A DNA stretch of 35,099 nt from Craspedostauros australis (lineage: Eukaryota). Of this stretch, positions 22,149-33,559 are shown piece after piece. Position numbers and translations under genes: made by a program. The notes below the pieces were generated by a model, which was given only the letters and a program-made list of their open reading frames with translations, did not search any database and had not been told where the DNA came from. The stretch covers positions 1 to 35,099 of the forward strand of contig JALAGF010004364.1 of assembly GCA_030167865.1 (NCBI GenBank), in the 5' to 3' direction. Within the stretch, counting starts at the first letter, position 1. Every line of letters starts with the position of its first letter.

Positions 22149-25100
22149 ATGCTACCTATCGTGATTGATGCTTCTGACAAACAGAGAGACTCCACTTCGA
22201 ATACCACCACCTCCGCGAACACCAAGGCCATGCCTTCTCAATCCAAACACGACAAGGCCAAGTCCAAGTCCAAGATCTCGAAGAGCGACACCATGCCTTC
22301 GACGTGCAACCAGGACGAAGCTGGATTATTTTTCGCCGGAGTCACAAGAGCTCTCTCAGCAAGCCCAGGACTGATCGAGATGACGTGGCGTCCTGCCCAG
22401 TTCTTCAACACTACCGAAAACTTCGATGTGGAAACGTGCGAAGACATTGTCTACGAGCTCTTCATCGCAGAAGGGACCGTCAACTTCACAGAGACCCCGC
22501 TTGATGATCTTCGTGCAGATGGCTCCGTTCAGACGTACGAAACCACTGGCCTTGCCTTCACCGCAGAGAATCTCGTCAATGGAGCAATGTACAGCCTCCT
22601 CCTGGTTGCCAAGGTTGGTGATGGATGGGTGTCGTCGAACAGAGACGCTTCTGTGCTCACTATTTCGTCGGCTGATCCCATTATCCGTCAAAGCGTGAAC
22701 GTGGTTGCCTTGGAACACAGTACAAGCCTTGTTCAATACGAAGGCGACTCCTTGGTGAGCGTCCAGGGAGACGACACCGAAGGTCTTGTCGCAAAAACTT
22801 GGATCACAGGACTGGATGTGCTCGGTCAGCCCTACATCGTTCAGCTCATCTCTGTGGATAGCATGAGTGGGCAGGGTAGCAACGGGGCAACTTTTTGGAA
22901 TGTGCGGAACGGCACCCTCGTGGACATCTACGAACGTCTCAGCATTTCTGTGGCAATGGAAGTCCCAAATGACCCAGACGATGACGATGAACAAACCAAC
23001 AGCGGTCGTTCGCTGCAGTCTGACATAGCTGTCCTGGAAACTTTTCGCAGGACATTCAATTTTGAAGCCTCTGAACAGTTTGGTCCCGCGAAGATCGAAT
23101 ACAAAGCCACAACGGTGTTCATGTTGCAACTCAGCTTGGAGATTGACTTCCCCTCCTTATTATCCGCGGGTCAGTTCGAGGTGTCAGTTGAACTCAATGT
23201 CAAGTTGTCACAGACGGCGACTTTCACAGCCGAAGGGTCCATTTCAGAGTCGGTGGATGAAGACGAGGTACTTGTGGAAGGGAGGACCGTCACAGTCAGA
23301 TTCCTGGCTGCAGGAGTCCCAGTGTTCGTCCTCGTCACTCCTGCTATCGATGTCTTCCTCCAGGCTCAATTCGATTTCAATGGCAAGTTGGTGGTGACGG
23401 CGAAGGCGACTGACTCTGTCGGCTGGCGAGTCAAATATTCGCTATTCGATGGGTGGGAGTCCACCCCCATTCTCCCACCCCCGACCAGAGACATCGGGTA
23501 CGAGCTTGACGCGAAGGCGACCTTCGATCTATACGAAGGGGCACGCTTGAGAGTCGACCTACTCATCTACGGAGCCATACTCATATCTCCCTATGTCGAG
23601 AGTGGCCCAGCCATTTCCATCGAAGCCGTGGACAACCCGAATCCGGTGATTAACGACGACCCCATCAATCAACTCTTCCATTTCAACAAATTTGATCTGG
23701 ACCTCAAGGCTGCAATCGGCGTTCGGGGTTTATTCGAGCTGGACCTTCCAATCCTTGGCTTGGTCTCTGTGAGTTTCGATGTCAATGTCCCAGGATCCAC
23801 TCCGTTGCAGTCGCTCCCATCCGCAAAAGTCGTGATTTCCGATTTTATCCAATGCACAGGAGACGATGCGATACAGCTCATGCTCGAGCTGCAGGAGGAA
23901 CCGTATACCCTCCCTTTGGACAATGCACTCGAGGATAGATACAACAGCATCGTATCGCCAGATAATCTTTGGATGCTCGAAGATCAGCTTCCAGATCAGC
24001 CGACGGCGCGGTTGACACTGAAGCGCTCAACGATCGAGATGAATGACTTCTTCCGGCTTCCGAATGGGGAAACGATCTACTTCGTAGCGAGCGCGGATGA
24101 CCCTTCCCTTCCAGTGTTTTCCCTGCTTTTTGAGCAAGCGCTTGGAAGTATCGAAGGACTTCCAGAGCTCGAACCTTTTGACTGCTGCGATGTTTCTGAC
24201 TGCGAACTCAAGTTTTCGGGAGCGGGTATGGATGCAACGCCTTCTTCATGCGTTGATTTCATGTGCATTGAGGGTTCACCTTCTCCAACATCTCCTCTAA
24301 CACCTTCTCCAACTCCTCTCGATGACGATGCTGACGAAGCTGGAGGGTACGGGGATCCACACTTGTTCACCTACGATGGAGTGCAATACTCCTGCCAGGG
24401 AGGTGGAGACTTCGTCTTGACCAAGTCTCTCGATTCAACTCTGATGATCCAAGCTCGGTTCAAGAAGCAAAACCTTCTCGTCTCCTTCATAACGGCGATT
24501 GTGATCAGATCTGGCGACCCAGGGAGTCCGGTTGTTGAAATTGCGATTTCAGAAGACGAAAGCCGGGCCGTCTACATACTAGTGGACGGGAACGTCGCGA
24601 CGCCCACACAAACGCAAACCTCATCCACATCTGTGTACGAAGACCCCCTTGTTCGCATTGAGGCATCCACGCGCAACTACGACGTGTGGTTCAAAGCGAA
24701 CAACTTGCGAATTTTCAATTCTCTGCGGCTCCCATCCAGCTTCCCGCACTTCCAAACTCGCGTCAGTCTTCCAACATCCTTCCGCAACGAACGAATCATC
24801 GGCCTATTGGGATCAAACAACAATGATCCGACTGATGAGTGGAGTGATCGAGACGGGAATGTTCTTCCGCTCGCACCATTCCGATACGGCTCTGATGCGT
24901 ACAACTACTGTGTCCCCAACTGGTGCATCCAAGATGAAACAGAATCGCTATTCAACTACACCGACGAGTATTCCTTCGACTATCACAGTTTCTGCGATGA
25001 TCCCTTCCCAGGAGACGTTGACACCAGCCAAGCATCGCAAGAAATCCTGGATATCTGCGGTCTTGACTTGAGCTGCATCATCGACGGCATCGAGTTGGGC

Positions 25101-26036
25101 GTCGAAGGCTCCTCCAACGCTCTCGAAGCGCAAGCGGAACTCGTGAACACAAACCCTTCATCTCGATTCCAATTCGCCCCGTCATCAATTCAAGCTGGAT
25201 CGCCCAACAACGTACAGATCACCTTGGATTTCAACACCGTCGATAATGGCGCAGATGCGGCACAAGCCGAGCGTTTCAATATCTATCGCATCGATTCCGC
25301 TACCTTCGAAATTGCATCTCCCGTGCTCGTGGCCTTGCGAGATGATGGCGCGGGCGTTGATGATACTGCCGGCGATCTGATTTTCACAAACGTACTGGCG
25401 CTTCTATCGTCCACCGGCGGCGAGGTCTTCAGTTACACTGCCATTCCTGTCATCGGTGGTGTCGAGGTTCCTGACAGCCCCCTTCGCACGACTGCAGCAA
25501 CGGCAGTGATCTCCTTCAGCGTCCAGTCCGGCCTCGGGTCAGTGGGGAATGCTACATTGCAAACACTCGTGGCAGACTCCATCGACGAACTTGTGATCGT
25601 TGTAGAGTACTCTTGGCCCGCCGATCAGTCTGATTTGGATACCGGCACGATCTTTCTGGATGGAGCTGTTGGCTATGATTGCGGTGCAAGTCCGTACATG
25701 TCATTCTCTGGCGACAGCACCGCAACTGGAGGATCAGAAACAGTGAAGATTCGTGTCGGCGATGCCTACAACAATGGCGATTGGGTGGACAGCACAATCG
25801 TGGACATGAATGCAGATTGGTTTTCATCTGCGATGGGCAGTGGTCCAGCCTCCTTGACCGTGTTCATTGAAAGCTTGGACCAAGGCAGTGGCGGACAAAC
25901 CGTGGTCAGTCCAGCGTATTCCTTCGTCATCAATCCTGGCATGGGATCTGGGTGCGCATCGACTGATGCTGCGGTTGCCCTCGTCACGCTCAACGAGGAC
26001 GACGGCCGTGTTGTGATTCTCGTCATCCCAGCGTAG
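21813..26036 (+). CDS. Large secreted mosaic protein: signal peptide, FN3-like domain, beta-rich domain, VWD/GDPH domain, C-terminal beta domains; ~1328 aa
   Basis: Exon 1 (21813-21947) encodes the signal peptide MIALSAFSGRLILLVSFTCLMLVSG and ends at donor GTACGT. It joins exon 2 (22185-26036) in phase 0, with branch CTGAC and a CAG acceptor. The VWD signature is GYGDPHLFTYDGVQYSCQGGGDFVL...IIGLLGSNNNDPTDEW, followed by a Cys-containing segment. Confidence 0.88.
22111..22146 (+). repeat. (CT)18 microsatellite in the intron of the VWD gene
   Basis: Read directly from the sequence. Confidence 0.95.
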
Positions 26037-26451
26037 CAATATATATGACCATAAAGCAGTAAACTCTACCCATTTCGAGCTCCTCTGCGGAAGTCATCGC
26101 GTCATGCCCGTGAACACTGGCATAAACGCTCGTTGGGTACTCTGCTATATGCCAAATGCGCATCGCTGCAGGTGACGATACAGCAATCCATGGGGGTGAT
26201 CACGGCACTGCGCCCGCATTGATCATACCTCTAGCACATCCACGGTCTCTACCAATATGGATGTGTGTACGTATGTACATCATTGAGACAGTACTCGTGG
26301 GGTTGTATTCGTATTGTGTTTGGTAGTGATACACGTTACGTTATGACGATCTGCTTCAAGTCGCTCTTTTCTGTTCGATTGCTTGGGCGCAATGGTGCAA
26401 ATATTGCGTGATGGATTTCAATTTACTCACACGAACATCTTCCATGCTTCT

Positions 26452-28781
26452 CTAGAATTCACCGAATGGGTCACCTGCATTCGGATACATCTGCTGCGCC
26501 TGGCTCGGCGACAAGGCCTGGACGGCGGCTTCACGACGTCGTTCGACGATGGAATTCAATTCTGCGGCGACGGTGAGGACGATGGGCCGCGGCGCCATCT
26601 TGATCAGTGCCACAGTGTCGCCCCACATCATGTTGGTAATGGGACGTCGCAGGTCTACACCGCCAGCTTCTCGAATGATGTCACCGACCTCGATCTTACC
26701 TTTCCGAGCGATGGGAGATCCAGGGACGTCAGGTGAAACATCGATAACACGAACCACGCCATCAGGACCCCGGTTCAGCTTGATGCCAAGCGCTTCGGAC
26801 AAGAACATGACGTCGCGTTCGGGTCCGATTTGGAGGGATACATTCTTCGCCTTCAATGATTGCTGTGGCCATTTCTTTGGCATGCTCGGTAGGTTGTTCG
26901 TCCTTTGCAGCGCCTGTGATTTCCACGGGAGTGCGATTAATGTGGGAGCGTCATGGGGAGATGCACAGAGAGAGAGAGAGAGAGAGAGCAAGACGTGGCG
27001 CGGTACAGAAGTGCGTGAGGAAATGGCAATTCGGACAGCAACGAGGTGAAACCATTGCGCAGTATGCTTGTGCTTGCGCGTGTTGTTTGGGCGCGTGTCC
27101 ATTTGGATCACACCATTGGATTTTTGGTGAAGGAACTCACCTCTTCTCTGGGAACAAATCGCGGCGGTTTCAATTTGGGTATCGTCTTTTGCACGGTCGG
27201 TTGCTGTTGCTGCGGTAGATTGTCGGCCAGTGCCGCTTCGGCTTTTTGCAAATACGCTCGGTCGAACATGCTGAGGGATTGGCCGTCAGGCAACAGGGCC
27301 TTGCATTCTCGGAATGCATCGATGGAGCCGGCGTAGTCCTTCAGGTAAAATAAAGACTTGGCGAGGGTGGAGTACGCCTCCGGCGTGGGCTTGATCTTGA
27401 TGGCGAGTTTGGCATCGATCTTTGCGCTCTCGTGTCGTCTGCTGCCGTTGAGTGCGTGCGCGCGTCCGAGGTGGAGATCGGGTGAGAGGTTGTAGTCGTC
27501 GGGTACCAAAAACAGCGCCGCGGTGTATTCTTCAATGGCGTATTTGTAATTCTTGTTGGCAAGGTACTTGTTGGCACGTTCTTGGATCCGCAGCGCTTCA
27601 TCAAAGTCCGGATCGTCTTCGTTCTCGATCGGTGGCAAGGATTGGTTCGTGCCGGATACGCCTGCGCCCACCACGGCGCGTGCGATGGCGTTGGAATCTC
27701 CGCGGAATCCCAGTGTGTTGACGACGGCGGCCTGCGCGTTTGGATCCGTGGCGATGCTATTAGCAACGGTGCCCTGCATGCTGGATTCTGCCGTGATGAC
27801 GGAAACCTCCTCACCTCTTGACTGCCTCGCCGCCTTCTCGCGCTGGCGTTGTAATTTGGCGGTCGCCTTTTCCAGGTAGGTTTGGGTGACCTTGTTGTCG
27901 GGTTCGTAGTGCAAGGCATCCTGATAGGCGGTGACTGCGCCATCGTAATCCTTGAGGAAGTAAAGCGATTGGCCGAGACGTGCATGCGCCTTTCCGAATG
28001 TTGGAGCCAGGGCAATTGCACGTTTGGCATCGGTTGCTGCCGCCGAGTATCGTTTGAGGGAGAGGAGTGCGGCTGATCTGTTGGACAAGAAGACGTGAGA
28101 TGATGGCCCGACAGGTGATAGCTGCAGCGCTGCTGAATACGCGTTGTATGCCCTTGTGTACTCCTGCGATTGCGTCAAGATGGGCGTTACATGGCGTGAA
28201 GCAATGAATGGTGTGAATTGGTGGTTGTGAATTTGTGAGGGTTATGTATTGCAATGTCATGGCATGCAATAAAATGTGACGACGGAGGAAGAAAGTGTCA
28301 GCATGGGGTTGGACAATCTGACAGCAGAGTGGAGCATTCATCACACGCCGGTGTGCTTGTGGAGATTACTGAGCTGGCTCATCGAATGAAAGATGGAATG
28401 CACTCATGCGGAAACGGAGAGCCTGCCGAACATCCAGCCAGATAGCCAGCCCAAAGCAAGTAGAGTGAAGCAGAATGCTCTGCTCTGTTTGATTGCGTGA
28501 TCGCGTACCTGCGCTGCCATGTGCTTGTTTCCCAACGCCTTCATTCGTTCCGCCTCCTGATGCAACTCCTCGAGCTGCGCCAGATCCAACAGCGCTTCAT
28601 CAACATCGGCAGAATCCTCTGGTTCATTGATGCGATTCTGTGGCTGCGAGTTGGTAGCGTGGGGGTGGAGTTCCTCTCGCTCCCGTTGGTCGGGCTCGAC
28701 GAAGTCAGATCCTGCCTGCTCTTCCTCGTACACGGGTTCCAGCGGGACCTGCCCTCGTCGTAGTGCGGAGGAGGAGGACAT
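26452..28781 (-). CDS. TPR-repeat (two triplets) plus C-terminal PDZ-domain protein, 3 exons, ~585 aa
   Basis: Exons 28781-28509, 28163-27141 and 26913-26452, with phase-0 GT..CAG introns, join three separate track ORFs. TPR: AERMKALGNKHMAAQ-EYTRAYNAYSAALQLSP, FLSNRSAALLSLKRY, FGKAHARLGQSLY. PDZ: ALGIKLNRG..VRVIDV..SPIARKGKIEVGDII..LIKMAPRPIVLTV. Confidence 0.88.
26967..26988 (-). repeat. (AG)11 microsatellite, reading (CT)n on the sense strand, in intron 2 of the TPR-PDZ gene
   Basis: Read directly from the sequence. Confidence 0.95.
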
Positions 28782-30662
28782 GGTGGCTGCGGTTGCGGTT
28801 GCTGCGGGTTGCGTTGGTGTCTGCGCAGCTTTGGATTTTTCCGCAGAGTTGCTGGGGTGGCTTGGATTGCGATAGGAGGTGAAATCGTAGTCGAAATCGT
28901 CGTTGAAATCGTAGTCGGAGCTACTAATCCGTCCAATCCACTCTGAGGTTGTTTCTGTTGCTGTTGCTGTTAGTGTTGATGATAGCTGCGACTGTGCGAG
29001 TACACCTCCACCGATGGCATCACAAATCACCGCTGCTGAATGCCTCTTTTCTCGATTGTCCACGTGATTGTCTGCCCTGGATGTCTGCCCTGGATGCCTG
29101 TGTGGATGCGTCAAGGTGATCCGGAAGAACAGTTCAAAACTCCACAAGTGTTGCGACACTCCTGCTCCTCCGCCCTATCGTCGATGCTTTGCTGTTGGAG
29201 TGATGGCGATGCCTCTGCACACGGATAGAAGAGAGCGACCAGCTTGACTTTGCGCTTTTTTGAGCTGGTGGATAGTCTTCCCTTCCCTTGCCTTTCGTTT
29301 CTTTGGAGTTGCTGTCTCTGCTTCACGAGTATCCGTCTGTTGCGTGCTATGTTTTGCTATGTTGTGTTGATCGGATGAGTGGGAGTTGCACCTGTCGACG
29401 CAATGATGCAAGAAAGCATTGGAGTGGAGCACTCGACTCGACTCTGCTTTATCTCGTTTGGAATGTTGCTGTTTGTGTTCTGTTGTCTACTTTTGGGTGC
29501 TGCTCAGGTGCTTGGCCGATGATGGTGCTATACGGACTGAAGGTGATGAAGAGACGGTCACGACGACAGCGACAGTGACAACCAAAGTGTCGGATGTCGG
29601 AGTGATGGCGAGAGAAGCGACCTTTGGTCGTGTATCTCGGCGAGCCTCACAAGAACAACGCCATGATCTTCGTCTTCACACCAACGCCAACGCCAACCCC
29701 AACAACAAAAATAGCAGCGCGCAGATGACGCGAGGTAGTGGTACAGGACGAGTCCGCGCTCCGCGCGTGTTGTTCGCCGTCGCCTTCATTTCCCATTTTG
29801 ACACGCTACTTCACCTAACGGATGAATTCGGCACTTCCACATGATTCGCGATAACTGGAGACTTGCGCAGCCTCCATCGTCACAAAATTACTACCACGCG
29901 ATTCGTGCGGATTGCCGAAATTCGATTTTCGTGGCGGGTTGGGCGTTTCAGCTTTTGAGCAATTCAACGGACACGTAGCGGTTAGTTCTTGCGCCAGTCA
30001 ACCAATCTACGCCTACATTAGTACTCAAATTCGGATCCTCAACAACCAAAACACAACATCGCCCATCACACATCGAAACTGTTCCGCAAACAGGCTTCCG
30101 GTTCGCGCAACCACCCGCAACAACAAATGACAAATGACAAACAACAGCAGACGGTGGGGAACATCACGAAGTGGGCCATGATGAGTCTATTGCGATCCAG
30201 GGAGAAGGCATCCTCGGCTGGTGCGAGCCATGGTACCATGTATCAAAAACCAGACTGGACGCTTCGTCAACGATCCCAATAGCGAATGCCGTTCTGCGCT
30301 GCGAGGACACTCAAGACGTGATCCAACATCGGCTGTTCTGCGATTCGCGGCCTGCCGCCATTGTCGACCCCTTCGATCGTGTTCCGACTGGATACGCGAA
30401 CCACGCAGCGATGCGAACACCATCCAATGGGATCGGCGCCACGGTTCTGACACCTGCGAGGAGAGAAGACGAACGTGCCATTGCGTCGCGCTCGTATTTG
30501 TTGATGTGTGCTCGAACGAACTACCACACACTCGACACTTCCATGGAGCATAATTATACTCATATATTCCATTACACTTGACACAAGACAGACACAACCA
30601 AACCTGACCATCATTCAGCACGTCTCAGCTCAACCAGAAACAAAGTTGTGCCAACCAACGCC

Positions 30663-31562
30663 ATGTGTGTGATTGGGATCCGATGGGACCCACAAGCGAC
30701 AACCGTAGCCTCCACGAATAGTCGTACAGCCAGCGATGCGGAAGCACCTCAGCAACATGCACAACTCGTCATCATCGCCAACCGCGACGAATACTACGAT
30801 CGCCCCAGCACGAAGGCGCACTACTGGTCTGACGGGGGTATCTTCGCGGGACAAGATCAGCTCATGGGCGGGACTTGGCTGGGTTGCTCCGCATCATCTT
30901 CCGAGACGCAACGGCATCGATTCGCAGTAATCACCAACTACTACGACCCCGCCAAGACCCAAGTTGCATTTGCCAAATCGAGAGGACGAATACCGGTCAA
31001 TTTTCTGGAATCGACACTCACTCCCCTCCAATTCGCACAGCAACTGCAAAGCGACCAAGATGCGTACGACGGATTCAACGCCATCCTCTTCGATGGGCAA
31101 CAGCTGGTGTACTGCAGCAATCGGCATCCCAACTTCCTCAAGGATCTCTCCAACGGCGGCGTCTTTGGTCTCAGCAATCATCTGCTGGACACGCCCTGGG
31201 CCAAAGTGGAGCAAATCAAGTCATTTCTGCGCGAAGGGCAAACATCATCTGAGAAACTGCTGAAGAACATGCAAAGTATCCACAATCCGACCACCAAAGA
31301 CAAGGAACGGATCTTAAAAGACAACATCTTTGTTAGAATGCCCATCCAACGGTACGGCACGCGCACGTCCACGATTGTGAAGTATCGTCCAACTGCGGGA
31401 TTTGAATTCACGGAATACAACTACGTCATGCCATCATCGTCGATCGAACTGGAAAGCTTGGTACGCGAAGTCGTCTCCGGTTCCCACAACTCCAAAAATA
31501 GAGAATGGTGTGGAGAGAAACCAAGTGATGCGTCGCAACGTATCCTTGATAGAGTCGAGTAA
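30663..31562 (+). CDS. TANGO2: TANGO2 / NRDE-family protein, 299 aa
   Basis: It starts with MC, as the family does. Motifs: IIANRDEYYDRP, GQDQLMGGTWLG, FAVITNY, KSRGRIPVNFL, YDGFN, GLSNHLLDTPWAKV, IFV..YGTRTSTIV. Confidence 0.92.
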   Translation: MCVIGIRWDPQATTVASTNSRTASDAEAPQQHAQLVIIANRDEYYDRPSTKAHYWSDGGIFAGQDQLMGGTWLGCSASSSETQRHRFAVITNYYDPAKTQVAFAKSRGRIPVNFLESTLTPLQFAQQLQSDQDAYDGFNAILFDGQQLVYCSNRHPNFLKDLSNGGVFGLSNHLLDTPWAKVEQIKSFLREGQTSSEKLLKNMQSIHNPTTKDKERILKDNIFVRMPIQRYGTRTSTIVKYRPTAGFEFTEYNYVMPSSSIELESLVREVVSGSHNSKNREWCGEKPSDASQRILDRVE

Positions 31563-31827
31563 AGTGAACTAACTCTAAGAACTTTTCCGTTTGCATCGAA
31601 CGATTCGCGCAGCAGAGGAATCTAGAGAGAGTGCGCGACTTGATGCAAAATTCTTCTCTGTCCCTCTCTCTCGAGAAAGAGAGTCTCACTTCTTGGTACT
31701 CATACATTCCGACTAATTTACAAAGGATCAGCCAAGAAGAGACGCAGTTGACACGCGAACACGAGCGTCGGAATCGCCGGCTGCGCAAGTACACACGTAC
31801 TCGACATGTACTCAGCAGCGAGGAATC

Positions 31828-33372
31828 TCATTCGACGACTCTCTCCAGCTGTCCACTCGATACCCGCGACGGCATTCTGTGTTCACCATTCTCGAATGAC
31901 GACGACGGCACGCTGATATCTGCCGACAGATCGGAGTTGGTTTCCCGTATCATCCCGATCTCTCTCCGCAGGCTGTGCCCGCGTTGAAACAGCTTCTGGA
32001 AGGCATCGAAGGACACCTCCTCATGACCTTGCAACATGGATGCGACGACCTTTTTTATGGCGGGAGAATCGCCCAGGATTTTTACCAAGTTTTTCTTGCT
32101 GATGTATCCCGAATGGTCCGTGTCGAGCAAATCGAAAGCCTCTCGGAGCTGGGCGTCGTCCAATTCGCCTTCGACTTCCATGGTGGTGGCGAGGAATTCG
32201 GTGTACATGATGCGGTCGTTGCAGTTGACGTCGAGCTTGTAGTATGCATCCTCCAATTCCTCCTTGGACAGCCCGCTCTGTGCGAAGCCGGTAATGAACT
32301 CTTCTTTGGTGAGGTAGCCCGTGTGACCCAGATCGAGGCGTTGGAAGACTTCGCGATATTTGGAACCGCTGTGCTTCATGGCAAGCACGTTGAGAGCGAC
32401 ACGTTTCAACGGCGACGCACGTTGGAAGAGCGCAAGAGAGACTGCGAGCTCGTTCGGAATGTACTTCTTCTTGTTGGAATTATTTTGGAGCCAGGGATGC
32501 TGCAGCGCCTGCGCTGCCGACAGCCTTGACACTGGGCTTGTGGTTGTGCATTCCATGATGAACTTCTGCGATTCGTCGGAGTGCTTCCATTTACCGAAGG
32601 GTATTCTGGACTTGGTGATCATGTTCTCGTATTCCGCAACAGAGTTGCCCTTGAAAGGCTTTTCACCATCGTTGAGGAGCATGTAGGCGACGACGCCGAT
32701 GGACCACACGTCGCATTTTGGACCGTACCGGCCCTCGATGACCTCCGGCGCCATGGTGTGTATCGAACCTGTCTTTTCTTGCAGATATTTGAATGCCCCG
32801 GGCCTGTCCTTGGGTCTTTCCAATTTCGTGGCACAGCCAAAGTCGATCAATTTGATGCTCGCGTCTGGCGATTTGTCCTCAAACATAATGTTGGACAGTT
32901 CGATGTCGCGGTGGACGATCCCGTTGTGATGAAGGTATGCGATCGCCGAGACGATCTGCCGCATGATGCTGACCACCTTCTCTTCCTTCTTGAATGGCAG
33001 ATTATCCTGCAACGTACCGCCATCGCACAGCTCCAACACCAACGAAGTCTGCTTGTTGGTCTTGGCAACTTCGTACAGCTTCACAACGTTCGGATGGTCA
33101 CATGCCGACAGCAAATTGGCCTCCTCCTTGAGGTCCACAGGCAACGTGGATTTGCCGTCGTACAGTTTGATCGCCACGCTCTTGGAGCGTCTTGTCTTGG
33201 TGTACTTGTAGGCCTTGGACTGACCCCTCCGTATCTGCGTGGATGTACCCGTGGCCAAGACGCTCTGCTCGATCTCGTACGCCTGCTCCGCCTTTCGCTG
33301 TTCGTCTTTGACCAAGTTCTCTTGCAATCGCTCGTGATTGGTGAGCTGTTGTTTGCTCGAGTTGCATCCCAT
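31828..33372 (-). CDS. Calcium-dependent protein kinase-like (kinase domain + EF-hands), N-myristoylation/palmitoylation start, 514 aa
   Basis: The first ATG, at 33372, gives MGCNSSK. Kinase motifs: VAIK, DHPNVVKLYE, HRD, LIDFG, MAPEV, CDVWSIGV, RLSAAQALQHPWL. EF-hand-like loops: DLGHTGYLTKEE, DVNCNDRIMYTE, DTDHSGYISKKN. Confidence 0.92.
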   Translation of the reverse strand: MGCNSSKQQLTNHERLQENLVKDEQRKAEQAYEIEQSVLATGTSTQIRRGQSKAYKYTKTRRSKSVAIKLYDGKSTLPVDLKEEANLLSACDHPNVVKLYEVAKTNKQTSLVLELCDGGTLQDNLPFKKEEKVVSIMRQIVSAIAYLHHNGIVHRDIELSNIMFEDKSPDASIKLIDFGCATKLERPKDRPGAFKYLQEKTGSIHTMAPEVIEGRYGPKCDVWSIGVVAYMLLNDGEKPFKGNSVAEYENMITKSRIPFGKWKHSDESQKFIMECTTTSPVSRLSAAQALQHPWLQNNSNKKKYIPNELAVSLALFQRASPLKRVALNVLAMKHSGSKYREVFQRLDLGHTGYLTKEEFITGFAQSGLSKEELEDAYYKLDVNCNDRIMYTEFLATTMEVEGELDDAQLREAFDLLDTDHSGYISKKNLVKILGDSPAIKKVVASMLQGHEEVSFDAFQKLFQRGHSLRREIGMIRETNSDLSADISVPSSSFENGEHRMPSRVSSGQLERVVE

Positions 33373-33517
33373 TTTCTTCTTCTGCTGCTGCTGCTTTGTC
33401 GTTGCTGTGACTCTGGGGGTTTGTTTCGCTTTGTCTTTTTCTCTGCTGGCTGTTGACTGTGAACGTGCGTCAGTCGGTACAATCGTTGTTGTGTGGATGC
33501 CTTGCGCTGGTTGGTAC

Positions 33518-33559
33518 TGTTGTTGTTGTTGTTGTTGTTGTTGTCGTTGGTGTTGTTGT
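33518..33559. repeat. (TGT/CAA)n trinucleotide repeat upstream of the CDPK start
   Basis: Perfect to about 33544 and interrupted after that; read directly from the sequence. Confidence 0.9.

Noticed and set aside
29824-29923. Inverted repeat ttcggca / tgccgaa in the TPR-TANGO2 intergenic region as a possible ncRNA or MITE
   Set aside because: Only 7 bp are perfect, with no target-site duplication or snRNA motif. This is expected by chance.
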